NCBI GenBank assembly: GCA_047967505.1
Contig: CM106538.1
Reading direction: 5' to 3' (one strand)
Source: Dipteris shenzhenensis
Taxonomy: Eukaryota
Length of the DNA stretch: 64,000 bases
The notes below the pieces were generated by a model. That model was not told where the DNA came from, did no database searches, and saw nothing but the letters and a program-made list of their open reading frames with translations. Positions within the stretch are counted from its first letter, which is position 1. Each line of letters begins with the position of its first letter. Shown piece by piece: positions 51,762 through 64,000 of the stretch. Both the position numbers and the translations under genes were made by a program.

Positions 51762-53049
51762 TTTGAAGTATGAGGGGGGTGCGTCCTGATGCTCCTTGTT
51801 CTCCTCATCGCTTTCTCCAAGCTCTTAGCATCTGAACCACCTTCCTTATCACTTTGCACCCTGCTAAAACCCGTCTCATCCTAAACCCCCTTGCTAGTCA
51901 TTTCCCACATAGTGATCTAGGGACCCGCTGGAGTCTCCACATGTGGTCTTTTCACAAAGCAACCCCCCCTCTTTCCCATGCAATGGAAGGCGCGTGTCGA
52001 CCATGCACTACTCAAGGAGTCTATTTCTTCTTCAAAAATTCCTTCATCTTATACACTAGCAACCCCCATGTATTTCATATATGAACTTTTAGTCCCTATA
52101 TAATTCATATATTGGTTGTTACTACATATACCCACTAAAAGCACCGCTCCCGTCCCCCCCTCTCCCCTCAAAAATTTAAAAACAAAGTCAACTCCCCCTT
52201 TCTCCCTTCTTCTCCTACCCCATCAGTTCTAGATGCATCATTTTATAAACTCATGAGTACCCTTAGGCAATGGTCCTCATAAATATATGATACCCTTAGG
52301 GAATGGCCCTTTTTGTATGCCACATCATGTTCAAGCTATCATCTTCTTGTAAACTATTGTTAATGTTTCATTTATGGAATAAGTTTTTCAAGTTTTATTT
52401 GCCACTATTGTGCTCTCTTTTCACTTTAAATTGGTATATGGCATGATTTTTGTAATGTGTACATAAACTTTGGGCACAAGAAATAAAAATCAGCATCATT
52501 GGCTATAAGTTGTAGCAACTAGCAAATTTTTTGGGCACATATTTAAGGTGTGTAGCCACTTACGTTCATTGTCCAATACCTTCTTGTAGCATTCTAGACA
52601 TCTATTGTCTCTATCTAGCTTGAGTGTGGAGAGGATAGAGAGCTAGATGGAGAGATGCAAAGTTAGATGGAGTGTGGGTAGGAAATAGGTAGTTTGCCCG
52701 AATGGGAGGAAAAGGGAGAATAAACAAAGGCTCTTTGATATCGCATTAGTTAACTTATAGAACAATATTATTGTGATAAGTGTTGAAAACTTATCAATAG
52801 CCTCGATGTAAGCAATGAAAATGGTTTCTCAAAGGTGTTTTGAGGGTTTTATCGATAGTATTATTGACACTTATACTAGGGCCATATCAACAGCTATTGT
52901 GTTAGTTGTATTTGATTGTTTAGCTAGCTGCTTGGAGAGGGTATGTAAATCTCTTGCTACTATTGTTTGTATAATGTGCTTCTACCTAACATGTTTGTGC
53001 ATGAGAAAAGAAGCATCTCTAAATCAACTAGAGTCTTGTTAAGTAGAGC

Positions 53050-55300
53050 TATATATCGAGTGACGTGTCATCTTGGGTGGTCTCCTCTAAGGAGGGCAGA
53101 GATGGGTCGCATGCTCTACTCGCTCTTCATGTCGTGCGTGGACTCTGCGTCTCTTGCTATTTAGTGTCATCCTGTCTCCTGCTGATCCATGATGCCTTAC
53201 ATGTTTGCTAGCTCCTCCTCCTTTGCCTCTCTATAGCCCAAAGCCCACTTGAATGTATAGAAGTACACAACATGCCGCTGTGATCGGTCTACTTCTTCAT
53301 CATGTGGTGCTAGCAGCACATGCGGTTGTTTGATTTATCATAGTAGTGCCTCTCTATGTCATCACATCTCAATCAAATAGAACTTGATGCAAACCTGATC
53401 ATGGAAGTGGATCACGTGAGAGATCGGGCCAAAACTCTCCCCCTTGTGAAAGAGGCACTGATAACATCCTCGGATCTTATAGTAGGTTAGGCAGACACAT
53501 AAGAAATGCTCCTGTGTCTCAACTGTCTTCAATGTGCATAGCCTGTAGATTTCACTGCTCTATAAGTATGCCTATAGTTCTCCCTCTCCCAGACCCCAGC
53601 TCATGTGATTGCCCAATGGAAATCCTCAATGCATGTGAGGCTCCTATATCCTCAAGAATTGGGGGTTGATGATGAGTCCATCCTCCAATACTCTCTCCCT
53701 TTGATGGACTCGTATAGGCTCGTCACTCCCTTTGATGGACTCGTATAGGCTCATCAATCCCCAAATCAGAACCTCTGGAATCTACATCTCTTGAAGCCTC
53801 ACAATCATACAGGAGCATGGGGCAGTGTCGAAGGCCTTCTAGAAGTCTACAAATTAAGCATAGACTTTATGGCATCTTGATCTCGCCTCCTCAATGATGG
53901 CCCTCAGAGTGAAGATGTGATCAAGGGCGGAGTGATGTCATCGAAAACCTACCTATCCTAGAGCCCACTACCCATGTGCCTTTGTGCGGCTTCTGATCTC
54001 CCTCTCTAGTAACAACCCATATATCTTGGCCTAGGTGTGGCCAATCATAAGAGTACGATATTTCCTAGTGTCCATGGGGTCCCTTGCTTTATGTATGGAC
54101 ACAATGACGGTGGTACTCCAAGTAGATGGAAAGTCATGGTAGATAGCGTGGTTGAATATTTTTGCTAGAATAGGAGCTAGGACGTGTTGCCCATGTGCGA
54201 AGTACTCAATCTGTAGCCTCTCGTGATCCTCAGCATTTTTATTATGAAGTGACGAAAAGCACCCCATACATTCTATGTAGTGAATAGACAAGATGTGGTG
54301 GGCCTGGGCACGGAGGACATGTTCGGTAGCATCTACATTAGGACATCATAGAGTGATGTCGCATAAGTGTGCCAAACTCTTGGATCTATGATGGGAATGG
54401 GTGGCTTCCCTTCAGACAAGAGCTCCCATCCAATGGCCGGATCATCTTCTCAAAATGATTGGATCACCCCCTCCATCATGTGTGTGACAAAGGCTCGTCT
54501 CTTACGATGTGTTAGTCATCATGAAATTCGATGTGCCTCATGTGTCATAAGATGGCCCAAGGCTCGCTAACGTGACCTCATCTCCCTACACTTGTCATCA
54601 TACCAGATTCTACGTCATCATCCCCATTGAGGCATGTGTTGCAGATTGGGTCATGGGGAAGGATCTAGCTGCAATGTCTTATACCACTAATACAAGGATA
54701 TCCGAGGCAAGGGTGATGTTTACATCATCTCTAGGTGATAGATCTAGGAGCTCACGAGCTAAGTGACTCATGTAGACTGGATCAAGAGCATGATCAAAAC
54801 AGACCTGTACACGGGTGGGTGTAGGGGGTCTCTCCCTGTGGCTAGCATGGTAGTTGAGACACTAAAAACTAGGTATGAGTGGTCAGCGCCAAGCGAGGGT
54901 AGAGGCATAGTGAAATCATTTATCCATGATACAAAGGAGATGGGACCCATTCAATAGTCCAATGTACTGGTCCCTCCACCATGTGGGAACCAAGTGAGCC
55001 CACTAGATGACGGCCATCTCTGGAGACCGTTATATATAATCAAGTCATGGACTACTCCCAACTCAAGTAGATGGCACCCATACCATGTCACATGTGGTGC
55101 ATCAATAGAGTGTCTCACTATGCTGAGATCTGTTGAGTCTAGTTCCCATACTATGAGAGAGTCATCCTCAAAATCAACAAACCCACCTATCTATTTCCTA
55201 TGCATGCATTGAAGTCCTTGAGAAGGAGGGCATCCCCCTACGTGGAGAGCTCCATGATGTCATCATGTATCATCTCATATGGACTGTGTCCCCCCTTTGT
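53050..55300 (-). mobile_element. Older, internally deleted LINE related to the 24825-33806 family
   Basis: LAPILAKIFN...SIHKARDPMDTRKYRTLMIGH and FVDF*KAFDT parallel the 32700-33060 sequence. Confidence 0.75.
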
Positions 55301-55404
55301 GCCAACCTCATGTGCATAGGATGATGTATCTAGAGGGAAGTAGAACATTGAAATGAAGATTGGGTGTGTCTCATGATAGTTCTACCATGTCTCATGATAG
55401 TTCT

Positions 55405-56200
55405 ACCATGTTACAATTGCCAGCAACCATGAGATTTGCTACATACTTCTACACTTTGCAATCCCTAGTGAAAAATAGGAGTTCTCTTATAAAGATATTT
55501 CATTGTAATGCATTTGAACGATGGATTTCAAAGTTGATTGATAGGGCAATAAAGGAGAAAATGCATGACTTGAAAGAAACATTAGGATCCCCTTCATTAT
55601 GGAAATGGTTTGAGGATGCTGCTAATGTTATGAAACCTGTATTTTATGCGCTTAGGGCTTTGGACTCTAAGGCTCCAACAATCATAAAAGCATGGATGCA
55701 CTTTTGGAGTATTGAGCAAGCCCTTATTGTGAGGAATCCCCCTACTCGCCCAGGCCAAGAGAATGAGGGAAGACCATTTAATGCTACAAAATGCAAGGAA
55801 TTGTGGCAATTGTTTAGGCCTCGATGGGAGCAAGCTCAACCTTCTAGACCCTAAAGAGATCCCAATTGTTATGCATGACTTTCATAATGTCGTGCGATAA
55901 TATTATCCCCAAAACCATGAGTTTGCAAAGTGTTGCAACAAGTTAGCCAAGTATTGATGCAAGGAGGGGTTGTTTGCGAGCGATGTTCAAGCATTGGCAG
56001 AAACTACATCTGCTTGGAAATGGTGGCATGTGTGAGCTTCTATGCCCAATTGCAATGAGGTTTCTTTCTCAGACATTCTCAAACTCAGGCTCAGAAAGAA
56101 ACTAGAGTCATTACAAGTACATTCATAGTACTTTATGAAATAGACTTCTAAAGGATTGGGCTAAGAAGTTAGTGTACATCTATGCCAATAAGAACATACT
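55405..56200 (+). mobile_element. Degenerate hAT transposase C-terminal part, followed by an acidic tail
   Basis: MRFAT, WKWW, FLSQTFSNSGSERN, YIHS, NRL, KLVYIYAN. Confidence 0.8.
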
Positions 56201-58041
56201 ATAAACATTAGGAGATGTGGGATATGAGGAGAAAGTTCAAAAATGCACATACGATATCCTACCTGATGCTATCCAACCTAAAGCATCCCCATCATTGGAG
56301 ATGCCAGAACCCCAAGAAGTGGATGAGGAAGGGACTGATGGTGCAACATCTGAGGAGGATAGCAATGAGGAGGATGAATTGGATGAAGATGAAGGAATAA
56401 TATTCGCCTTCCACATGGGTATGAAGATGAGGACCTTGATGGACGAACATGATGAGGATAGTGACTCGTGAATTGTGGCAATGATGGTAATGATGCTGAT
56501 GGTGGGTTCTCAATGTCTCATTGTATTCTGAATGTGTTCTTGTTTTTCGATTGCATGTTGTGGTTTAGGGTGGGATAAGAATTTTGCACTATATGGTATT
56601 GTCTTGTCGCATGCTATCGATGGGTGGCAATATGATATTGTCTTGTCGTGCATTGTAAATATCTTGTGTTTTAGGGTTTGGCCTTTGAAGACTTGATTCT
56701 TCCTTATTGCCATCGCATAGGCCTCGAGGTGGCAATGCCAATTGCAGTGCTCTTGACTAGAATCATTTGGTCAAGAGCATGCCAACAACTGGCATACCAC
56801 TCACCATCATATGCAATAGAAGCTTATGTGATGACGTGAGAAAGAAGCATATGCAAAGTGATATTTCTTGTCTTTGGTAACATTCTTTTTGGATGACTTT
56901 CGAGATAAGTTTTAATTGACCAACATCACATGCTTCAATTGTACTTGCAAAGCTAGTACAGTTACTTTGGGTGTTACAAGGAATTGTAACGCGTTGATTA
57001 TGACGATGGTATGAGTGTCCACTACCGTTCTTGTGGTGAGTGTAGCTTGGATTATGGATAGCACACTAAAATTCATCTCTTTGTTTACTTTTATTTAATT
57101 GATACTTCCACCCAAAATCCTATTGTGGTTGCCTACATTATTAAGGCTTCAATCATCTCAGTCAATCACATTGTTTGCTACCTGTCTCTAAGCACACGTC
57201 ATCATATCACAAGAACCATACATTTTTTGTTTTTGTTGCTTGTCGTTCTCTAATGGGCCAATTCCATCATGCTAGTCCAACATAAAATTTGCATAGGATT
57301 CACCCCAATCTATACAATTGGTCTCCGTGGAAATTTTTGGAATTGTTTAGAAGCACATGCGTTTATGATCTTTTCCACTTAGTCCCTATGCTCTGCAATT
57401 CTATCAGATACATCCCTAATTTTGTTCTTTTAATGATTCTATCCGAACTTTTACAACAATGTCCATCATGCATTCAACTCCGATTGCGTATCCTAGGCAC
57501 AACAAAACTTGTTGTCTATGTATTTCAGCCCCTTTTGTCTTTGTTTGTATGTCATAACTTTTGTAGCCTTCTCCTCATGATCTTTATTTCTTAGACTGAA
57601 ATCACCATGATACAGAACAATCCTACTCCTCGGTGCCTCTCACTAGTGCTTGGTACTCATAAAATTTTAGATTTGGAAAGTGCTTTGGATTGTAGCTCAA
57701 AATTGCAAAACAAGCATACGAGAATCCAAGCAATTGATTTGCTTCTCTTGGGGATCACACCTGAAGCTTCCCCCAAAGCTGCTATCACAATCATCTCAAT
57801 GATGGTAGCTTGGCCCTCAACATTGACATTATCCATGGAGTTTGCAGAAGCAAAGTCCTCCCTTTTACAAAGAGCTGAATCATCTATTCTAAAAGTGCCA
57901 TTTGGATTGAGTTGAGCAATTTATTGATGGCTTTTTTGGGCTCTAGCCAAGGCACAACAACCATAAGTAAGGCAAAGCAAATGTTGATCAAGCCCCTGCT
58001 GAGCTATGATGGTCTTTGGACACACACCTTTCCGAGAAAGA

Positions 58042-58045
<4 letters not shown>

Positions 58046-58097
<52 letters not shown>
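58046..58097. repeat. (GA)n microsatellite
   Basis: Direct observation. Confidence 0.97.
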
Positions 58098-58099
<2 letters not shown>

Positions 58100-58100
<1 letters not shown>

Positions 58101-58759
58101 AAGGTGTGTGTCCTATCCATAGCTATGCAAGACTTGATTCGAGACAGAGTAGACATGGAAGAGAAGGAAGACAGAGAATTATGATGATGTCGGGCCCATG
58201 AGATGAGTGCACAAAGTGGACCTAAAATGGTAGAATGGAATTGCAATGGGGGTTCTTGGAGACATACACTGGCAGAGACATGATCTTTATACCAAGGCAC
58301 TTGAGAGCATAGAGAGAGGGCTGCCCACAGTGAGTAGATATACCTAGGAGTCAGCTCGTAGGATAGAGATGAGGAGAGAGAGTGGCATACAGGGCTCTAG
58401 AAATTTAGCCATTCTCTTCAAATCACATTTGAGGCCATTTATATTCATAGTACGGCTCTCTCTGAGGGAGGGAGGGAGGGAGAGAAAGGAAAGGTGTGTC
58501 CTATCCATAGCTATGCAAGACTTAATTCGAGACAGAGTAGACATGGAAGAGAAGGAAGACAGAGAATTATGATGATGTCGGGCCCATGAGATGAGTGCAC
58601 AAAGTGGACCTAAAATTGTAGTATGGAATTCCAATGGGGGTTCTTGGAGAGATACACTAGCAGAGACATGATCTTTATACCGAGGCACTTGAGAGCGTAG
58701 AAAGAGGGCTGCCCACAGTGAGTAGATATACCTAGGAGTCAACTCATAGGATAGAGATG
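58100..58759. repeat. ~270-bp direct duplication (58100-58370 and 58490-58759), each copy preceded by a GA-rich tract
   Basis: Long near-identical blocks from cctatccatagctatgcaagac to taggatagagatg. Confidence 0.92.
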
Positions 58760-59030
58760 TGAGACTTGCTTTAATCGTATTAACTTCACGATGTCTCGAG
58801 CCTCACAAACAATATCTTTGAACCATGGAACTTGTTTATACCAATCTTTCAATGCAAGATTTAAAGTATGCGTACAACACGTAGATGCATATAGATTGGT
58901 ATAGTCCCTTTGAAATATTCTACCCGCCTTTTCATCCATGACAACCTGCACAACCTTTTTAGGGTCTAACTCACTTATAACCTTTGATAATACACCAGCT
59001 ATATATGTCCCCGACTTCTTTACATGTGAA
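58760..59030 (-). mobile_element. hAT transposase core fragment
   Basis: VVQVVMD, CCTHTLNLALKD. Confidence 0.75.
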
Positions 59031-59699
59031 CATCATCATCCTGCAGACGTGCAAAAAAAAGGGCTGGGAAGAATGGGAGCTGGCACCATTTTTGGTCCAA
59101 ATGGTTGATCAGCAAAGAGTACATCCTTTGGGCATGTTGTAAGACATGTGCTTGGAGGTTTTCGGAATTGACTTTATAGTTTCCTTCATCGTGCTTAGTA
59201 TGAAGGCGACTCAGTCGGAGTACAGTTTCCTTTTGGGATGGCCCTCATTATGGCAGGATAAGGTGAAGTAGAATTGGGCCCTCAATATGGTCTTGGTGTG
59301 ATAGGGTAGACACAAGGTCCGCATGCCAATGGAGGTGGTCAATGCGCTCGAGGGGGCAGTGTGACCAATCATGGTGGAAATAGTAAACATGGAAGATGGC
59401 CTAGAGGACGATGAAGAAGAGGAGTCTCTATGCAACAACCCAGACTTGGTGCTACTGTTTATAGTCGATGTCATGGAAAATTTGGCACAATATTGCTAGC
59501 CAAAACCAGGGACTGGTCTGGTGTCATCATAACCATAGCTGCAACCTATGGAGGGCCTATTGTCTGCGGACATAGATATGAAAGATGTCCTAGAACAAGA
59601 GAGGGAATTTGAGGAGCGAATGTCACGCGTGGGTAATGCACGTGCAAGAAGACACTCTAGAGAGAGTGTTCCTAGGTGCCGATGGGAGTTCCAAGTTCG

Positions 59700-60370
59700 T
59701 GAAGATCAGCACACTCTTAAAAGAGGAATTTAGGAAGGAATTGGTGTCACTACTATACGAGTTTGTAGACGTGTTCGCATGGGACTATTATGATTTGCGG
59801 GGGATGGACCCAAAGTTTTTCCAGCATTGGGTTAACTTGAAGAAGGATGCCATGCCTACCAAAATGCACCGTTATCACATGAATTCGCATGTGGCTAAGC
59901 AGGTCAAGACGGAACTAGAGAGGCTATTGCAAGTGGGATTCATTGCACTAATTGAGGATCCAGAGTGGATTTCTCCGATTGTGATTATGCCTAAGAAAAA
60001 CAAGAAGCTATGAATTTGTGTGGATTACTGCAAACTGAATGCAGCTATAGTGCTAGACCCATTTCCACTCCCATATATGGATTCCATGCTAGTTGAAGTG
60101 GCATGGCACAACATCTACTCATTTTTTTCTAGACGGGTATAGTGGATACAATCAGATTTGGATGGTGCTAAAGTACCAACCAAAGACTGCTTCCATTACA
60201 GTCTGGGGGGTATATGTGTGCACAGTCATGTGGTTCGAATTGCAGAATGCACCATCAACGTTCTAGCGCACTATGCAAGAGATCTTCGAGGAATATTTAA
60301 CAGATTTCATGAGAATCTTCTTAGATGACCTCAGCTTGTTTGGAACCAAATCCAATCACTTGGATCATTT
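59700..60370 (+). mobile_element. Gypsy (non-chromovirus type) RT remnant
   Basis: DVFAWD, EWISPIVIMPKKN, ICVDY, DGYSGYNQI, FLDD. Confidence 0.85.
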
Positions 60371-60789
60371 GTGACCCTGGATGGTCTATTGCACCATATG
60401 TAGATTAGATCACTGGTCATAGTTCTTACACCTCTTAATCCATGTATATTGTCAGGATTGACTCGGCTTGCATTGCATGTGGCCTATCCTTCAAAGACAT
60501 GGAGGTGGTGGGTGTGTACCTACTCCCATGTGCACACCCCTACCATATAATATGTTTTGCAATCTTGTGGTTGAGAAAGGATGAATGTTTGCATCATGGC
60601 TACATGTAGACTATCACCAATGCTACAAAGTAGATGGTTTTGGCATGCCATGTCAGTCCCTCCATCAAATACTCAAAGGGCATGCTCTTTTATAATTGTA
60701 TCACAGGTTCATTACTCAGATGTACCACATATTACCACTTTTTGAACATGATCGTGTTAGCATTTTGTCTTTTGTGGTAAATCATTCAA

Positions 60790-61410
60790 AAGCACTGTTA
60801 GGCACCTTTGCATAATTAGCCTTTTTGTTGTGGTTTCTAAGATTGTTTCACACTTTTCCAGCACTTTTGCCACATTTTGAACACTTCTTAAAACTCCTTA
60901 ACAATAGTGGCACTTTCATGAGGCTTCTTGGTACTTTTTTGCACTTCTAAGAAGTTCTAAGCACTCTCCTAGGACTCCTTAGCACTTTTCTTGCACTTAT
61001 AAGCACTTCTTAGCATGGTCAGTACTTTTTTAATAGTTATTTACATTTTCTAGCATGTCTTCTAGTGCCTAGGCACTTTTTAGCACATTCTAGCATTGCT
61101 ACAATACTTTTTGGCACATGTGCACACTTTTAGTACTGTTTGGCATGCTTGAGTGCTTTTTAGCACATTTGAGGACTTTTTAGGACGTTTCAACACTTTG
61201 TAGCACCTTTTACCACTTTTTAATCACTTTTTGGGCAAATTTTAGCACTTTTGGGGCACTCTTTTAGTAGCTATGGACACTTGTTTCCACTTTTAAACAC
61301 TTTTTGGAATATTTAAACACTTTTTCTCACTTCATGATACTTTTTATCAATTGTGGAGATTTCTTAACACCACGGAACAGTTTCTCCTCACCCTCCAATA
61401 CTTTTTAGGC
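60790..61410. repeat. Low-complexity field of (ta)gcacttt-like motifs
   Basis: Dozens of degenerate same-strand copies. Confidence 0.75.
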
Positions 61411-61588
61411 ACCTGGCTGGTCGCATAGGCCAACCACATTGGCCATTCTTGAATGCATAGACTTTCCATGTACTCTTAATAGATGACCAACACAGTGGAT
61501 GAAATAACAATTCCCATTTTGGTTGTAGCTAGTGTGCTAATTGTGCTGTTGCAATTTCCATGCTAGTTGCATCACTATGCTAGTTTCG

Positions 61589-61761
61589 AGCGCTTTAGTA
61601 CAAATAATGAAGCAAAAGTAAAAGCACTTACATTAATGTAGCAACATACATTAGATGTATTCAATGTGCTGGTTGTGCTATTTTGGAGCACTTTAGTACA
61701 AATAATAAGAAAAAGTGAAAGCAATTATATTAATGTAGCAACATACATTAGATGTATTCAA
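61589..61761. repeat. ~98-bp tandem duplication
   Basis: ctttagtacaaataat...catacattagatgtattcaa occurs twice. Confidence 0.85.
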
Positions 61762-62089
61762 AAAATCATATACATTAAGTGTACTCACTAAGGATTACAT
61801 TCATGTTTTCACGTTTGCGTTAATGGGTTATTTAGCATTCATTAATTATGCTTTAAAGTAGCATGAAAACAATGGTGATCATGTTGTTTATTGGAAAAAA
61901 TCACCAAAAAACTAGATAAAACTACCGCCGCCGATAGTACTCATATAACTGACGGTAATAAGCACATTATTGAAAGTAATATTAATTCTCCTGGTGGTTT
62001 ATATTACTATTGGTATTAGCAATATTACCACCAATAGTATGTAGTTGCTAAAAAATTCTATGATTTATGTGCTCTTTCTCTTCTATAGA

Positions 62090-62645
62090 TGCCTTGTCTA
62101 ACAATGGCATACACAATGTGTGCTATGAAGGCAACTTGAAGCCTGGTCCATAGTTAGCAATGCAATTCCATGCAGCTCTCATATCATCGTTATTGACCAT
62201 ACTTAGTGGATATTTTGACTGCAGGATTGATCTACCAAGTACATACTAGGCATTCTCCAAATCTTGAATCCAGATGCTCTCAACTATTGTGCGTTGCCTG
62301 AAGTTAGGAGTCATAGTTGTTGATCTAGCTTCACAAACCATAGGTGGAGATTTATCTTGCATTCTAGTGTCCACATAAGGAGTTCTGGCATGGGAGGCTA
62401 CAACACCTGTACTTCCGTCACTGTGTATGCTTATAAACTCTACTCCAATTACACCTTGACTTTCCCTTGGATTTTCCCATAAGATTACAACTTCTCGAAC
62501 ACAATGCTGAATGCTCTTTCTTGAGTCACCGAGCAAGGACCCCGTATTTGATGTGCTCCCCCAAATTTTTGTATTCCACAATACTTGCATTTCCACTCAG
62601 TGTAGTCACGAACATTAATGACAAAGTCCCATTCTGGAGAGGATT
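62090..62645 (-). mobile_element. hAT transposase N-terminal remnant (BED zinc finger)
   Basis: EWDFV...WKCKYCGIQKFGGA and IANYGPGFKLPS*HTLCMPLL. Confidence 0.7.
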
Positions 62646-63189
62646 ACCAAAAAGTGAACGAACCAAAAAAAGCGAGCAAGAAAAAGTGAGCAAGCCAAAA
62701 AAGACAATCAAAACAAAACAATAATAGATCGACAAATCCTTATTTTAGCAATTGTTTAAGTTCTTCAAAAGTCCATGAGAGAGTTGGACCTATTTCATTG
62801 CCAAGGCATCATTAGTAAAGACACATCCCTATCTTCGCTCACTTTTAGTTTTTTAATTATTTGTAATCCTCCATACTCAAGTTCTCTATCTCCATCAACA
62901 TAAGTGAGATCACCGATGAAATCTTCCACACAAGTCAAAAGTCTCATAGGACATCTTGAATGGAATAGTCTACATTACATGCATGTGCAAATGCTTGGTT
63001 TTTGAAACTCTATTCACTCTTGGAACAAAACCCATGTTTTTTTGTTTGCGAAAAAACCCTCCCTAATGAATCACTCTTACATCCCACCAATCCAACAAAA
63101 TCTGAAGAGTAATTACATGCCTTTCTTTAAAATGAATTAAATTCCAAAACAAATCAATCTTTGCTTATAGAAATCAATGGTAGAAGCCA

Positions 63190-63835
63190 AAATAGATAAC
63201 ATATTGACATGGTCCCAATTAGGTAAACTTTCCTCTGGATTTGATGCAAGAAATTGGCTAATTGTTTATTTAAATCACATTTTGATGCATGAAGTTTTAT
63301 TAAATGGTGCAAAAGGTCATGATAATCATTTAAATCATGCCTTGCCATTTGTTTTGATATGTAACATGACCCCATTTGGATTTGTAAATCAAAAGATATA
63401 GGACGTCGAAACTTTCATCTTTTGGACCAAAAGAGGGAGCGCGTTAACGCGCTACCTATTTTGGCCCAAAAGATGAGAATTTAGGCATCCTAAATTCTCA
63501 TCTTTTGGGCCAAAACAGGCGGTGCCTAAATTCGTATCCTAAATTCTCATCTCAAAGGGCCAAAATAGGTGATGCGCATTAACGCACCCCTCTTTTGGCC
63601 CAAAAAATGAGAATTTTGATGTCCTATATCTTTTGATTTACAAATCCAAATGGGGTCATGTTACATATAAAAGCGAATGGGAAGGCATGATTTAGATGAT
63701 TATCATGACCTTTTGCACCATTTAGTAAAACTTCATGCATCAAAATCTAAATTTAATGGAATTTTGGCTAGTTTCTTGCACTAGATTTAGAGCAAGGCCA
63801 CTCTTATTAAGAGCATGTTAGATCTCTATCTATAT
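63190..63835. mobile_element. Foldback/MITE-like long inverted repeat
   Basis: Arms ~63280-63485 and ~63538-63747 highly complementary, with weaker outward extension; no TSD identified. Confidence 0.75.
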
Positions 63836-64000
63836 ATTGGGAAAAAAACAATCAAATGTTTTCTATGCAAGTTCTTCTGATGAAAATGTAAAGAACACTT
63901 TTACCAAGGTAGACTTTTAATAACATGTTATGATCATGTTTGATGTTGAAGTTTTTATTGAATGATGCACTTCAACTAGACACAACTTGTTGGTAGCCAA

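Larger units (their letters stand above)
46519..52035 (-). mobile_element. Near full-length L1 LINE with 15-bp TSD
   Basis: TSD aaattccttcatctt at 46504-46518 and 52036-52050; T-run (A tail) at 46519; ORF1 and frameshifted ORF2. Confidence 0.92.

Overview
Land-plant nuclear DNA (probably a non-angiosperm, inferred from the divergence of the gene; not provable here), mostly transposon-derived. One host gene can be assembled by hand on the minus strand: an 8-exon, 1056-aa chloroplast S1-domain RNA-binding protein of the PDE338/RLSB (At1g71720-type) family, CDS 44987->13536, with all introns GT-AG and phase-consistent. It has a long disordered N-terminal extension containing a degenerate 26-aa repeat array (xxKP[AT]ER), the most novel-looking signal in the window. 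Its last intron is 21.7 kb and holds a four-level nest: hAT (8-bp TSD) > LINE > Copia (5-bp TSD) > a non-coding LTR element with non-canonical TA...TA ends (5-bp TSD). Intron 1 holds a gag-only LTR element with identical LTRs. A near full-length L1 with a 15-bp TSD lies 1.5 kb upstream of the ATG, and a foldback inverted repeat sits at the right end. The rest is decayed Gypsy, Copia, LINE and hAT sequence. Family names come from motif recognition only; no searches were run.
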